Assembly (NCBI GenBank): GCA_047495785.1
Contig: JBLDXI010000048.1
Location: 620,001 to 684,000 of the forward strand
Direction of reading: 5' to 3'
DNA length: 64,000 nt
DNA from: Lepidodermella squamata
Taxonomy: Eukaryota > Animalia > Gastrotricha
A model generated the notes under the pieces. It saw nothing but the letters and a program-made list of their open reading frames with translations. It made no database searches and was not told the origin of the DNA. The translations under genes were made by a program, and so were the position numbers. How positions within the stretch are numbered: the first letter of the stretch is position 1; each line of letters opens with the position of its first letter. Positions 13,701 through 25,059 of the stretch are shown here, one piece after another.

Positions 13701-14574
13701 TCAAATTACGATTCAATAGAAAAGCCCAACAAGTAAATATTGATTGATTCTGAAGTATTCATATCGAAAAATTTTCGATCAAGTTTTTCGAAAAATTTGA
13801 CATTTTTTAGCATTTCCGAAATCAGAATGAGATTTGTGCGATTCAAATTTTTTGGAAAATTTTTATTATAAATATATTCTATGATAAAATCAACTAACTC
13901 GTATTATTATCATAATAAAAATACTATTTGATTTCAACTAAATTGACAACTGCAAGAATCGGTGTAATATGAGAGCATAGTTCGCCTTTATACCCTGTTG
14001 AGTTATTTCATAACTAAATTTTACAGATCCGCCATCGAAATTCGGCTATATTCAGTATTCTCACCTGAGGTCCGTACATCTTCGCCTGGTCAGACTCGTA
14101 GTCCATTTTCCCTAACCGAGCTTCATTTTTCGGAATTTTCTCCTCGCAAGCGCGGCATTTGGACCCGCCTGATTTCGCGTATTCCACCTTAAAATCTCGT
14201 GTCCCGGAATCATCAACTGCTGCTGCTGCCGCGGCGCCTTTTTTGCCCTTGCCTTTGCCTTTTCCGGACGAGGCAGCCGCATCTCCACCCGCGGCCCCAC
14301 CTCCTCCGATTTGCTTCTCAATTTTCTGCTGATCTTCCCACCGCAATGAGTGAAACCCGTGGATATCTTCTGTCTTCTGAACTCGAGCCTTCTTCCAAAA
14401 ACACGCGTAGTGGTACCAATTGGGCATTTTCCCGTCGAAATGCGGGCTCTGGATCATGACCGCGAGGCGTAGCGAGTCTTGAGAAATAGTTTCCTTGCAC
14501 CCGCGACACCCTGCCCGGCCACTTTTCGCGTATTCGGCCCGAAATGGCAAGTCTTTCGCGCCATCATCTGCCAT
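7775..14574 (-). CDS. PARP1: Poly(ADP-ribose) polymerase 1, full length (ZnF1-ZnF2-ZnF3/PADR1-BRCT-WGR-regulatory-catalytic)
   Basis: Exons 14574-14065, 13688-12419, 11872-11746, 11692-11296, 9355-8836, 8431-8229 and 7999-7775 are phase-compatible. Motifs [63 protein letters not shown] and LLYNEFIVY; the H-Y-E triad is intact. Confidence 0.97.
9509..10390 (+). mobile_element. Ty1/copia-type gag ORF with primer-binding site, antisense within PARP1 intron 4; no pol or paired LTRs seen
   Basis: GGTTATGGGCCC at 9511-9522 is the copia-type PBS (half initiator tRNA-Met). The N-terminus [15 protein letters not shown]...P is copia gag-like. The zinc knuckle [14 protein letters not shown] fits CX2CX4HX4C. 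Confidence 0.8.
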
Positions 14575-14776
14575 TTTCGTTTCTCTTCAATTCGTCTAAT
14601 TAAAATTATGAGCAAAAATTATGAATAAAACAAAATAAACGCAAATTAAAATGAAGTGATCAGTTTTATTAAAAAGAATCCACCATAATGAAATATCACA
14701 GGAAATTGAGTCAGAATTTTAGCACCATATTTGACAGGTCTGGAGGCGAATTACCTGAAATGGGAGAAATTGACAT

Positions 14777-14925
14777 TAATATCCGCGTCATATAACCTTT
14801 CGATTGAATGAAAATCTATCGAAAAAACGCCTTGAAGCGATGTCTATATCGCACCTGACGGGAGAGATGACGCTACGCTTTTCCGAGAAAAAGCAAACGG
14901 CAACTAATAATAGATAGGGTGCTCT
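14777..14925 (-). ncRNA. H/ACA snoRNA copy A (most diverged; H69 guide plus second LSU guide)
   Basis: Intronic. Hairpin GCACC...GGUGC with pocket CUCCCGUC. Second hairpin pocket AGGCGUU/GUUAUA. Terminal box is AUA rather than ACA and the H box is imperfect. Confidence 0.75.
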
Positions 14926-15033
14926 AAAACTACTACTAGTGGTAAATGAAAACCAAATTTACCTTTGATTGTGAAGAACTGCGGATAAAATTATCGCGAA
15001 AAATGCCGCTATCGAAAACTGAAATAAAAAATT

Positions 15034-15168
15034 GGTTGTTCAAAATCGAGAAGATCCAAAAATTATGGGGAATAATTTTGAGAAAAAATCTCGAAATCAG
15101 TTTGAATCTCGCACCTGGCGGGAGAATTGAATGTGGGGATTACACAAGCAACTACTAATAGGGTGCCC
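15034..15168 (-). ncRNA. H/ACA snoRNA copy B (LSU helix 69 guide)
   Basis: Intronic. GGGCACC-CUAUUAGU-AGUUG...CAAUU-CUCCCGCC-AGGUGC, variant hinge AGAUUC, second hairpin, then ACA at 15039-15037. Confidence 0.8.
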
Positions 15169-15269
15169 TGACTTGGAATAAAATAGTAATAATAACTTAC
15201 AAATCGCTTAATTTAGCCAGATCGCCGGATTTTTCTCGGAGCCAAAGCGCACCTGGAAAATAAGAAAAT

Positions 15270-15412
15270 TAATGTCCGAGTCATATAACCTTCCGATTGA
15301 ATTGAATTCTATCGAAAAAACGCCTTGACACAATTTTGGTATCGCACCTGGCGGGAGAATTGACGCTACGCCTACAAGAGACTAAGCGGCAACTACTAAT
15401 AGCAGGGTGCTC
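15270..15412 (-). ncRNA. H/ACA snoRNA copy C (dual guide: LSU H69 and UAUGAC-U-GAACGCCU site)
   Basis: Intronic. H box AUACCA lies 15 nt after the start of the CUCCCGCC pocket. Second pocket AGGCGUU/GUUAUA lies 14 nt before ACA (15275-15273). Confidence 0.9.
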
Positions 15413-15499
15413 TTCATGCCAATAAAAATATTTAATATTCTCACCTCAAAGTCATTCGAAGTCATTAGCTCCATTCGATCGAGAAGAATCTGAGATGAA

Positions 15500-15637
15500 A
15501 AATGTTCAAAATCAAGACAAATTTCGAATTGAGAAGCATTAATTCGAGTAACTAGTCCCGAAATCGAATGTTAGTCTCGCACCTGGCGGGAGAATTGAAT
15601 GTGGAATTAAGCACAAACAACTACTAATAGGGTGCCC
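15500..15637 (-). ncRNA. H/ACA snoRNA copy D (LSU helix 69 guide)
   Basis: Intronic. Same first hairpin, canonical H box AGACUA, and ACA at 15505-15503. Confidence 0.85.
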
Positions 15638-15762
15638 GAAAATTTCAATCAAATTTAGTCACTCACCTTGTTAATCGATCGAAAGTATATCAATCGACCT
15701 TCGCGGCTACTTTGTCCAAAGTTGTTGCTGATTCTCTGGAATAGAAAACATAAATTGTATGA

Positions 15763-15902
15763 AATTGTCTGAAACATTGATCGCGTTTCAAGCGAAAAAT
15801 GCAATCAACAGAAAATTCGATAGATCTCGCACCTGGCGGGAGAATCAACGCCTGATCCAAAGAAGAACTCTTCAGACGGCGTCAACTACTAATAGGGTGC
15901 CC
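15763..15902 (-). ncRNA. H/ACA snoRNA copy E (LSU helix 69 guide)
   Basis: Intronic. Same pocket with a different upper stem, hinge AGAUCU(A), second hairpin UUGAUUGC/GCGAUCAA, and ACA at 15768-15766. Confidence 0.8.
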
Positions 15903-16511
15903 TTTCGAAAACAAATAATAGTTGAACACTCACCTTGATCAATCGAACGGAGCAGCATCGCAATTGTTCGAAATATTCTGAAAAACAGGAAAATTTACGC
16001 AGTTGTTGCAACAATTTTTAACCAGCCGGAGCTCAATAAAAACTGTAAATAGTCTGCTAATAATTTAATCGCATTAAAAAATTGAAATTCGAAGTGGAAA
16101 ATTCAATTAAAATTAAATAAAAATGCGATTTTTCAAAAAATAATTGATAATTACAGTTCACTCACCATATTATTTCAGTATATCGGCATTCTCGTGAAAA
16201 TTCAAATAAAATCTAAACGAAATAAAACAAAATTAGCGAGTTAATTTATTCGGCAGTAAGAAAAATGCGCTGCTAAAAGGAGTTGAGAGCGATAATAATA
16301 AACAATAAAAATGCGTTGCTTCAGAGTAGCGATGGAAAAACTGGAAATATGTGACATTAGATGCCACACCGAATAATTGGTTGTACCAAACAGATAATAG
16401 CCGAGAAACAGTTTCATAAACCGGAATGCCAGTAATAATAATTGTTCGCGTGCAAGCGGGTTTGTTTTATAATAGCACAACCTCAGAACTGCCACCTTAT
16501 AAAATAACAAA

Positions 16512-18760
16512 TTAAGCGACCATGGCTTCTTCCAGCCACTGATCGAGACTGAGAACTAAACGACCATTGTGTTGCAGTTTCTTGAATGTAGACCCGGCCT
16601 GGTGAAGGCGGGCGGCCGTCGTGAGGAAAGAATCAAGGCTCAGACCCATTTTTTGATCACCGTGAAGCAGTAAAATCGCAGCTACAGCTCTGGAAGGTAA
16701 CTTGAACCCGATTGCTAATAAAGCCGGGCCTAATTGATGCGCTTCCAACGTTGCAGCTCGGTCGTTAGTTCGATTTTCAAACCAGGATCGGCGCCACTGG
16801 CCAACCAGGCGGAACAGAGCTGCGAATCCGTTGTAGTCCACAAAGCCAGTTCGGTCGGAATCGACAAGTAGAGACAAAGCTCGAGCTGTCGTTTGACTAA
16901 TTTCGAACTCGTTATTGAAAGCAGCCGCCAAAATTTGGGGTAGGTTTGAAACCTGGACTTTCATCTCCTCTCCGGCGCTTTCGTAGAACAGCCACCTTAA
17001 TCGTTCGTGGGCCTCCGGGGCCAGTGATTCACTCAGGGTCAGTGGCGGGCCGAGCAGTGAAGCTTGCGGGTTGACTAATTCGGCGTCGTTGTCCAGCAAC
17101 TGAGCCGTATTGCCAGGTTTCTCAAAGAAACAACGCACAGTGAAGGAAGCAGGAATGTTCGGCTCGTAGGTCGCTAAAACCAGCAGGTAATCTCCCGGGG
17201 CGAGTAGGAAACGGCGAGTGACCTGTCGGCTATTCGCGAAACAACCTGAGTGGACAATTATTTGGTGCGTGTCGAAAAACGCCCGATTTTGCGGCTCTTG
17301 AACAATCGCTGTGCCTTCGTCGTTGACCGGCGGTTCGCCACCAGGGGGTAGTTGGTAGATTGCAAAGCCGATATGGGCGTGATTTGGGGCGCGATACTTG
17401 ACACCACGTTCGTCTCGCTGCACCAATTCGACGATCAAAGAGCACAGCCCTTCTTCGTCATCATCCAGCTCTCGTAACCAAAGACGGACTTGAGGGTTGG
17501 TCCAGTGAGTTTCACGGCATTCTGGCCGGCCACCAGCATTAGCCCCACGGATCCAACGGCCGTTGAACAATCGACCAGACCAACGCCGTGGTGTTCGGAC
17601 GGGAGCATCAGGTGCTAGGTTACACAGGTCTAGCGTATCAAAATTAGCGAGGAAGTCGTGGAATTCCATCCAGAACTCGGCTTCTCCTCGAACAACGAGA
17701 CCCATTTCTCGGCGGTCTTCATCGGGAATCGACTGCCATTCTTCACTGCGCTCAGACCATGCGCCATTCCAGTCAACCCGGGATCCCCACGGGTTTCGGA
17801 GACGGACTAAAACGAACGGAATCTCGCCAGTTTGAGTGATAAGTCGAATTTCTCGCAGGTCAGTCACGCAGTAAGTATGACCTAATATCAGACCGTTAGG
17901 AAGACGCTGGCCTGGTTGGAACGACGCTCCTGCATTGCGATTGCCAGATTGAATGCTGCAGGAAATAATTGACTCGCGCTCGAGTGCTTTGAACATGACG
18001 TTGATAATATTTTTCGGCAGGTTAGCGCCAGAGCCGTGGAGCAGGTAAGACTCGGCTAATCCGCCAGTCAGATCGGTGAGGATATCACCCAACAACGCAC
18101 TCTTCATCGCCTCATACGAGCCATACAGCTTCGCCAGGGCTTTTTCGACTAAAGCAGGCCAAAACTCGGCGATGGATTGTGAATGAACAAAAACCAATTG
18201 GCCATTAATGGTGGGTAAACGGTCGTCGATGATCACATCTTCCCACTGCGAGAATCGCCAGAAGCGGAAGCGAAACATGCCAGTATACCAGTCTTCGCTG
18301 AAGCTTTGACCCCGAGGAACGACGCGAAACAGTAGCTCTTCATTCTCTGACATGCCAGCAAAAGCGGAAACCAGCCAGCAATCACCGTAATCGCCTTGGA
18401 CTACATCGAATCGCATTGTTGGGCTGCCCATTCTTATCAACTCTGGCTTCAGTTGATACTTGAAGCATATTTGCTAAATGAAACATAATTTTCAAGATAT
18501 CATCAACAAAATGTAACGAATCTTACATCTGGGCGAAGCCATTCAAACTTCTGACTTGGCTGGCTGCTGTAATAAATAGACTGATCGGAAGCAGGGAATT
18601 CTGTTGAAATAATGTGGTGTAAGGTATAAAGATGGAAAAGCTCAACACGAAATTACTCACCTGGATCTTCAAACTTCTGCCGTCGGCGTAAGCAGTCCTT
18701 TCTGATTTGTTCAAACTGTTCAGCCTTTCCAAAGGCAACTTGAGATGTTTTTGCTTGCAT
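16512..18760 (-). CDS. Classical-type calpain, 706 aa (CysPc, C2-like, degenerate penta-EF-hand)
   Basis: Exons 18760-18661, 18600-18527 and 18458-16512 join in frame. Motifs FEDPEFPA, WLRP, QGDYGDCW (Cys), GHTY (His), RNPWG (Asn), WTNPQ and EF-like DSDRTGFVDY. Confidence 0.95.
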
Positions 18761-21630
18761 ACTTTACGGTAAGTTCCCTAGCAAAAAGAAGATTATCGCT
18801 TGGTAACACTAGAGTTTTGAGAAGTACTACTCCACGCGATTAGGTCACATGCTTTACAGGGCCGAGATTTTATCGAAGTTGCAAAACTAATGCATACCGC
18901 GCCAACGCGGAGGCAGGGGTGGAATCGCAAATCGCAGGCAATAGGGATTTCGAAATATGATGATCCTTTTCCCCAGACCTGTACCATTTTGCGAGGCAGC
19001 TTCAGCAGTAAGCAGTAAGCAGTAAGCAACTGTACGAGGTACAAGAAGAGACAAGCCCGGCTCTTCTTGTAACTCGGCGTCATCAATTCGGATGACACTA
19101 CTTCGCGTTAGATCCAGAGCCGGTCAGCAAACAAACGCCTTTCAGCTGCCGGTCAGCTGCCGGTTTCATCGCAGAAGGGGAACGTGGTCGTTTTTTTCTC
19201 GCGCCTCATCTTCGAATCGCGGATCTTAATTCTAAAGGTTATTTATAATTTGCGTTAGTTTTCTTATAAGAACCTAATTATAAAATATAATAAACATTTT
19301 TTACCTATTGAATTAATTAATACCCGCCGCAGGTTTTTCAATTCTCGATTTTTTCAATTTTCGATTTTGTTCGAGAGGTTTTAGTTTCCGCAGGCTTACC
19401 TTAGTGCAGCTGCGCGGTTTGGCAGTGTCTGGTCTGTTGGTATGCTGGTCTGCTACTATCAAGTAAGATTAGTAAGATCAGAAAGTTCTCACAAAATTTT
19501 CGACGTTTTCAATTTTCAAAATGCCACCATCCGCTCAGGTTTCAACCGACTGAGGAGTCCTTTGATATATGTGGATTCGCCCAGATCCGATGGTTGAACT
19601 GATTTGTTGACCAGGTCTGATCATTATAGAGCAACTGGTATATCGTGTATGGAGTGTTTGGGGGTATGGGCACGTCGCTTTCTAAAGCTTGGACGGCTAA
19701 ATATGGCGACGTTTCACAACTTTAAAATTGTTTCTTGAGCCGCTGAATTGATGCATGCAAAAGGTTTCCGGCAGAACATAGTCACAAGTTCCACGTTCGC
19801 TAAGGGATTTTATATGCGATTTCCAGTGAATAGGAAAAATAACTGCACTTTCAACACACATTCCGTTGGAATTCTGCTATCAACTTCAGGTTTTACTGAG
19901 TAGGTTCTAGAGGCTTGGCCCGCGGGAAATATGTACTGTTTATTTTATTAGAGAAAGCTTCGAACATATTCCTGAAGAATTATAAACGGAATATCCTATG
20001 GACCTGTTACATACATTCCAAAGAACAGTTTTCCATCAAGAAATCCGAGGTGAAACATGTGGCTTTGTCAAATTTTTCTCAGATCTTCTCTAAATCCGAA
20101 AATTTCCAACTAATTGTCTCAACTTGCGAAGTCGCGCTGTTTCAAGGGTTGTATTTTAGTTTAAAGTTGGTTTTGAATTTGACAGTGATAAGTGGGGACT
20201 GTCGAAATTGTCCGTACGTTCTATCAAATTGGAAAAAGGGAGTTGACTGTAGAGGGTCTATTCCAATATTTCCCACTTCGTTCTCTATGGTTCCCACTCA
20301 GGCTTTTTTGAGGATTTGAAATTTCAAATTTCAGACCTCAAAAAAGAACGAAGTGTTGCCCAAAAGGCTTATCGATTCCGGTTGTGGTAGAGACTAGCTT
20401 TTGATTCCATCAACTTTTTTATTTCTAGCAAGATTCCTCACCTCAGATTACCCCAGAAAATGTCGACTGGCTTAAGAAAATAGCACAAGATTTTATTGTG
20501 TCCCGAAATACCTATTATTTGATGCCTTAAAAAATCTCAATTTTTTAATCGCACATTTTTGAAAAATAAGAATTTCATCCGTAAACTTTGAAGCTCATTT
20601 TCTTTGCAGCGGCCCTGTTGACTATCAGCGTATTCTTGATATCGTTCGACTCCTCTTTCAGTGATCCTGAGAATGGCATCAAAATCTCACGCTGTCAAAA
20701 ACCTCTTTCCCTTACGCGGTCATTCATATGTCCACGAGGTCATTTTAAAACTCATTCATAATGGAAAACGAAAGCCCAAATTACACTTGTTTTCTGTCCG
20801 AGATCCGAGATGAGACCGCGTGACAGTTAATCGTACATTATAGACCGACTTGCGTCATTTCTCGCGGCACAAATTATTTAGTTCATTCCAGTGTTTTTCG
20901 GACTCGCAAGTGATTTCGCACGTGATTTCGGCAGCGCGTGCCTGAACAAACGTGTTTTTGCAATGAAATTACCGGTAAACAACTCATCAGCGTCCGGGTA
21001 GTTCGTAATAAAAAATATAGCGAATTACGGAACATTTTTTTGTATCGTTTGAAAGATCTCATTCCAGTGAAAAAAGTTGTTCAATTCAATGACGAGGAAT
21101 AATTAAGCCGCACAAGTCTCATTAGCCGATGGCGATGATGATATTCCACAATTCTTTCAGCCACATTGGCCACTCTGAATAAAAAACGAATTTAAACTCA
21201 GAAAATAATTTTTTTATCAGTGCTGGTCGCAATTGTTTTTAAGCGGCTGTAGAAAGCGGAATTCCACTCGAACGGTCCAATAAATGCGGCGGATCTAACA
21301 GTAGAGCTTACGCATTTGCCTTTTATATGATATTTTTCATTACATTATACGGCTATCGAAAATATCCGTTCAGAACAAACTGGTTTTGCGCGATGAGCGT
21401 TGTGTCCACCCTGCTATACTTGTGTATTTTCCGGTCAAATATGCGTGTTGATGAGCGCGAAGGAGTAGATAATAATAATAATAGTACATTATTGGTGTCA
21501 TCAATTTTCTTGTTTATTCAACTGCTTGTTTTTGACACAGCGCGAGAGGCACGGCCTATATGCTAGCCAATATACAAAATCACTCGCGTTGTGATATATC
21601 GCAACAATAATAACACCTGTTTCGAAAAAT

Positions 21631-22344
21631 ATGCCGTCAGCAGATACGGACCGGTTTTTCAACCCGTTAACTAGGCACCCTAACGCCTATTACACCGCTA
21701 CTACAACATCGTCATGTTCGTGTTGTAGCTCGTGCAATTCATCATCGAACAAATCCGCGCCGGTTCCGCGGCGATTTCGCAAAAAATCAGCGTCAAATCA
21801 TCACCACCGGCAGCCGTTTTTAATCACCCCAGTTCAGCCGCAATTCGGCCCAGCTTTAGCTTTCCGGCCGTCTTACGCTGACTTCGCAATGGCAAACTAC
21901 CTTAACAACCAGGCGATGGGATTTTTCCGGCCGAAACAGGTCGAGAATCGATCGCCGGGCAATTTCGGGATGAAGCCGTCGATGAAAACCGGGCAAATTT
22001 ACGCGATCGAACTACCACCGGCTCATTTATCGTTACACAAGCCGGCGTTGCTATTCGATATTCTACCTGATAAGCGAACGCTTCAAATTGTTCGGGATCA
22101 AATCGCGGTTGAAAATTCGGGAATTTACGAAACGCTGCCCGATGAAGACTGCTGCCAGCATCAAATTGGTTCGAATTCCGTTACTAGCAGCAGCTGTAAT
22201 GAAAACAAGTCGAAATCAAAAATATCACACAAACAAATTACGTGCGCGTGTAACAGGATGCGCGATAATAACAAGAAAAAGCGCGCTAAAAAATGGCCGT
22301 TTTTACTGTATTGTTGTTTTGAAGCACGCGATCAACGTGAATAA
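21631..22344 (+). CDS. Hypothetical 237-aa low-complexity protein
   Basis: ATG-initiated ORF richer in GC than its flanks, with AATAAA at the stop. Ser/Cys/His runs and a basic C-terminus with a CC pair. No recognisable domain. Confidence 0.45.
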   Translation: MPSADTDRFFNPLTRHPNAYYTATTTSSCSCCSSCNSSSNKSAPVPRRFRKKSASNHHHRQPFLITPVQPQFGPALAFRPSYADFAMANYLNNQAMGFFRPKQVENRSPGNFGMKPSMKTGQIYAIELPPAHLSLHKPALLFDILPDKRTLQIVRDQIAVENSGIYETLPDEDCCQHQIGSNSVTSSSCNENKSKSKISHKQITCACNRMRDNNKKKRAKKWPFLLYCCFEARDQRE

Positions 22345-22911
22345 AATAATGAATAAAACGATTGATTTTTTCATTGGCTCGGTTTCACTTTTTTGCGAAA
22401 ACATACACGTGCCCGATCGAACTTTCGTTTCAATATGGTTTTTTTATTATTCAATAAACATCTTTTCCATTCTTTGACAACACCTTCTGAACTGATTTGC
22501 GGTAGAGAAATATCGGCATCGGGTAATTTCGGGAATTTATTGCTACATTATTAGGCTTTTAATTATGGGCAGTCACGCATTACTGAATTTCATCTAAATT
22601 TGGGTGATTTCATTTTAAAGGTATAATTTTCCTTGGCACACCTTATATGTAAGGTCTAGAAACTCCCAATGTCCCCAAAATACGAATTTCACGGTTTTGG
22701 CATTTTCCATCTCAGCAATTATCAAAAACCCCGATTTTCATTTTGTTGCGGCCGGCGAAGGTCTGCATATTTCTTGCGGCTGCGCGACGCTTTCTAAGGC
22801 AATAATTAAGAATTTTAGCTCGATTTCCAACAAAATTGGGCTCATCTCAATGACAGTTTACATAAATTTTCCGTAAATTTGTGCACTTCGCTCGCGCAAA
22901 TTTTTCAGCTT

Positions 22912-23158
22912 CACCAGAAAGAAAATTACCCTAATTTGGGTGATAACAAATCTGACTTTTAGCTTGTGAAATCCCCTCAATTAGGGCCCTGTGAGTATCC
23001 TAATTCACGGATTTTCAACATTTATCTGAATTCATGCCCAAAATCACCCTAATTCATGTACATAAATGCAGATATTTATGTACTGAAAGCATGAATTCAG
23101 ATACCGAAACTAAATTCATGCTTTCGGTAGATGAATTAGGGTGATATTTTTTCTGGTG
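22912..23158. mobile_element. MITE-like non-autonomous DNA element
   Basis: Imperfect ~25-bp TIRs: CACCAGAAAGAAAATTACCCTAATT and AATTAGGGTGATATTTTTTCTGGTG. Internal inverted repeats are also present. Confidence 0.55.
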
Positions 23159-25059
23159 TGGAGTTCGGCAATATCACATAAAACTGGTTGCTAGTTTTCA
23201 ACTTTCGATTTCAAGGTCTATTAAACTAGAATACGTATTTCCCACCGACATTTTTTCATAGTTGATGGAAACTTTGTCACACCGACATTTATATCACACC
23301 GGTTCATCAACCGGTTTTTTGGCGTCATTATCAGTTTGCACCTTATGGGCTTTGAGGCGCGCGCGCATTTATATAAAACGGAAATTTCGACTTATTCTCT
23401 ATTGTATTGAATTTTGTCCAAACCAGCGCGAAATTCACTTTCACTTCCGAGCAAAACATCAAAAAATCGTATGTTACAACCAACGCTGGAAAACTAAATT
23501 TGTTTATCAAGGGGGATGGTCCTATTTTTCTATTGCAAGCGATCGGTTCAGGTTTCAAGTGCCAATGCGGCTGGAAAGGGTTCCAGCCGGCCGCGATTTT
23601 TTACCTAAGCAGAGCGTAATTGCTTGAGAATTAGATTTTATTTCATCCGCCTGTCATCACCAATAGATAAAATTTGGTAGAGCTATATCGAAAAATCGCT
23701 GATTTTTTAAAATCGATTACTGAATCGATATCAAGGTGGAAAATAACTTTTTAGCCAATATGCGCGGAATAATAAGATCTGCTTGTTACGCAAAATGAAA
23801 CAAATTAGAGCCTTGAAAAAATAGTATTCTTTGAAAAATCCGCTGACCTATTGATAATCCATCTATTTTCAAGATTTTTTTCAAAAGTTGATTTTTCTTT
23901 CGTAAATACCTGCATTATGAATGGAAACTGCCCTTACGCAAGCGCGTGCGGAATTTTGTTTTGGAAAAAAACAATGATATGAATTTGCTCATTTCACAGC
24001 AAAAAATACAGATTGGTTTCAATGTTTTCATTTTAACCTCCAAAACTTTCCAGCATCTTTACAAAACGCAATCATGACCCAGTTTAACCTTATTAACTTC
24101 GCACAACCGCGCTTTTTAACGGAAAATCGTGCCGCTTCGCCTTATCTCTACTGCTTTTCCCCCGATTCTTCGGAAATATCCCGAAAAATGCTCTATAGGG
24201 CTCCCGCTTCCCGCTGAGTCCCGCTGAATCACGTTATATTTTCGAAATAAAATCTCCAAAATAGCAATATTTATATATTTTTAATATTATCCAAGCTGAA
24301 TTAATATTGACGATGAGGTCGAAATTTTCGCAGCAATTTATCGTAATTAATTCTTGATAGCCGGGATTATATTTTATGCGATAAATTTTCCTCTCAAGCC
24401 AATATTGCCGGCTTGACTCTTGCTTCTTTTAAAATAAAATAGGATATTGTTACCGTGTAAGATTTCAACCACCAACGATAGGGTAAAAAGAGGGAGGTGA
24501 AATATAATGACCCGCTCGAGACTTTGATTAGACTTGATAATGAACCAGACTAAGACACCGGATGCTACCTTGTTTTCCTGTTACCATCTTGGGCGCGTGC
24601 CACCCGGAAATCGTCATGTATTATGAAAGTAAATACGAATTTTTAAATTTTCCAATCAATATAAATGGGAAAAAATTTCAAAAAATTTAGGAAAAAATAT
24701 ATTGCCGATAAATCCGCTTTTTAAGAATTACCAATTATTCATGTATTTTTTTACTCATTTTTCGAATAATTTTTTCTTCGTGTCCTGTTTTCGGAAAAAC
24801 TTTGTAAACAAGTGCTACTAAGTGTTTTTTTCAAGTAATCGCGTGTGGCACGCGTCTCGATCGGCCCCGGTGCGCAACAATTGCGTTTTTCACGGAATAG
24901 CCGAAACGCGTGCCGTCACGTTATCAACCTAACAAATTTCATTCACACCAATCAGTTTTATTTTTTATCATTTTAAATAATTTCGTTTTAGTAGATATAG
25001 CTCTATTTTAACCATAAAACCCAAAGCAGCATATACTCAGTTTGTTTTTGCGTTACACA

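Larger units (their letters stand above)
14650..16212 (-). ncRNA. Non-coding snoRNA host gene with 7 short exons (possibly spliced onto PARP1 as its 5' UTR)
   Basis: GT-AG bounded exons: ~16212-16166, 15977-15934, 15735-15667, 15489-15445, 15252-15201, 15018-14963 and 14754-~14650. The ATG ending exon 1 opens only a 13-codon ORF (MNISNNCDAAPFD*). AATAAA at 14670-14665. Introns 2-6 each hold one snoRNA. Outer ends are approximate. Confidence 0.8.

Noticed and set aside
14777-15902. Five spaced repeats read as a CRISPR array or self-cleaving ribozymes (superficially pistol-like)
   Set aside because: The context is eukaryotic with no cas genes, and the repeats are bipartite with one per intron. 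The pistol pseudoknot is absent. H/ACA boxes and rRNA complementarity explain them.
16241-16510. 89-aa ORF after calpain, and similar short AT-rich ORFs at 19915, 23262 and 59468
   Set aside because: They lie in UTR or intergenic DNA, mostly have non-ATG starts, and show no motifs.
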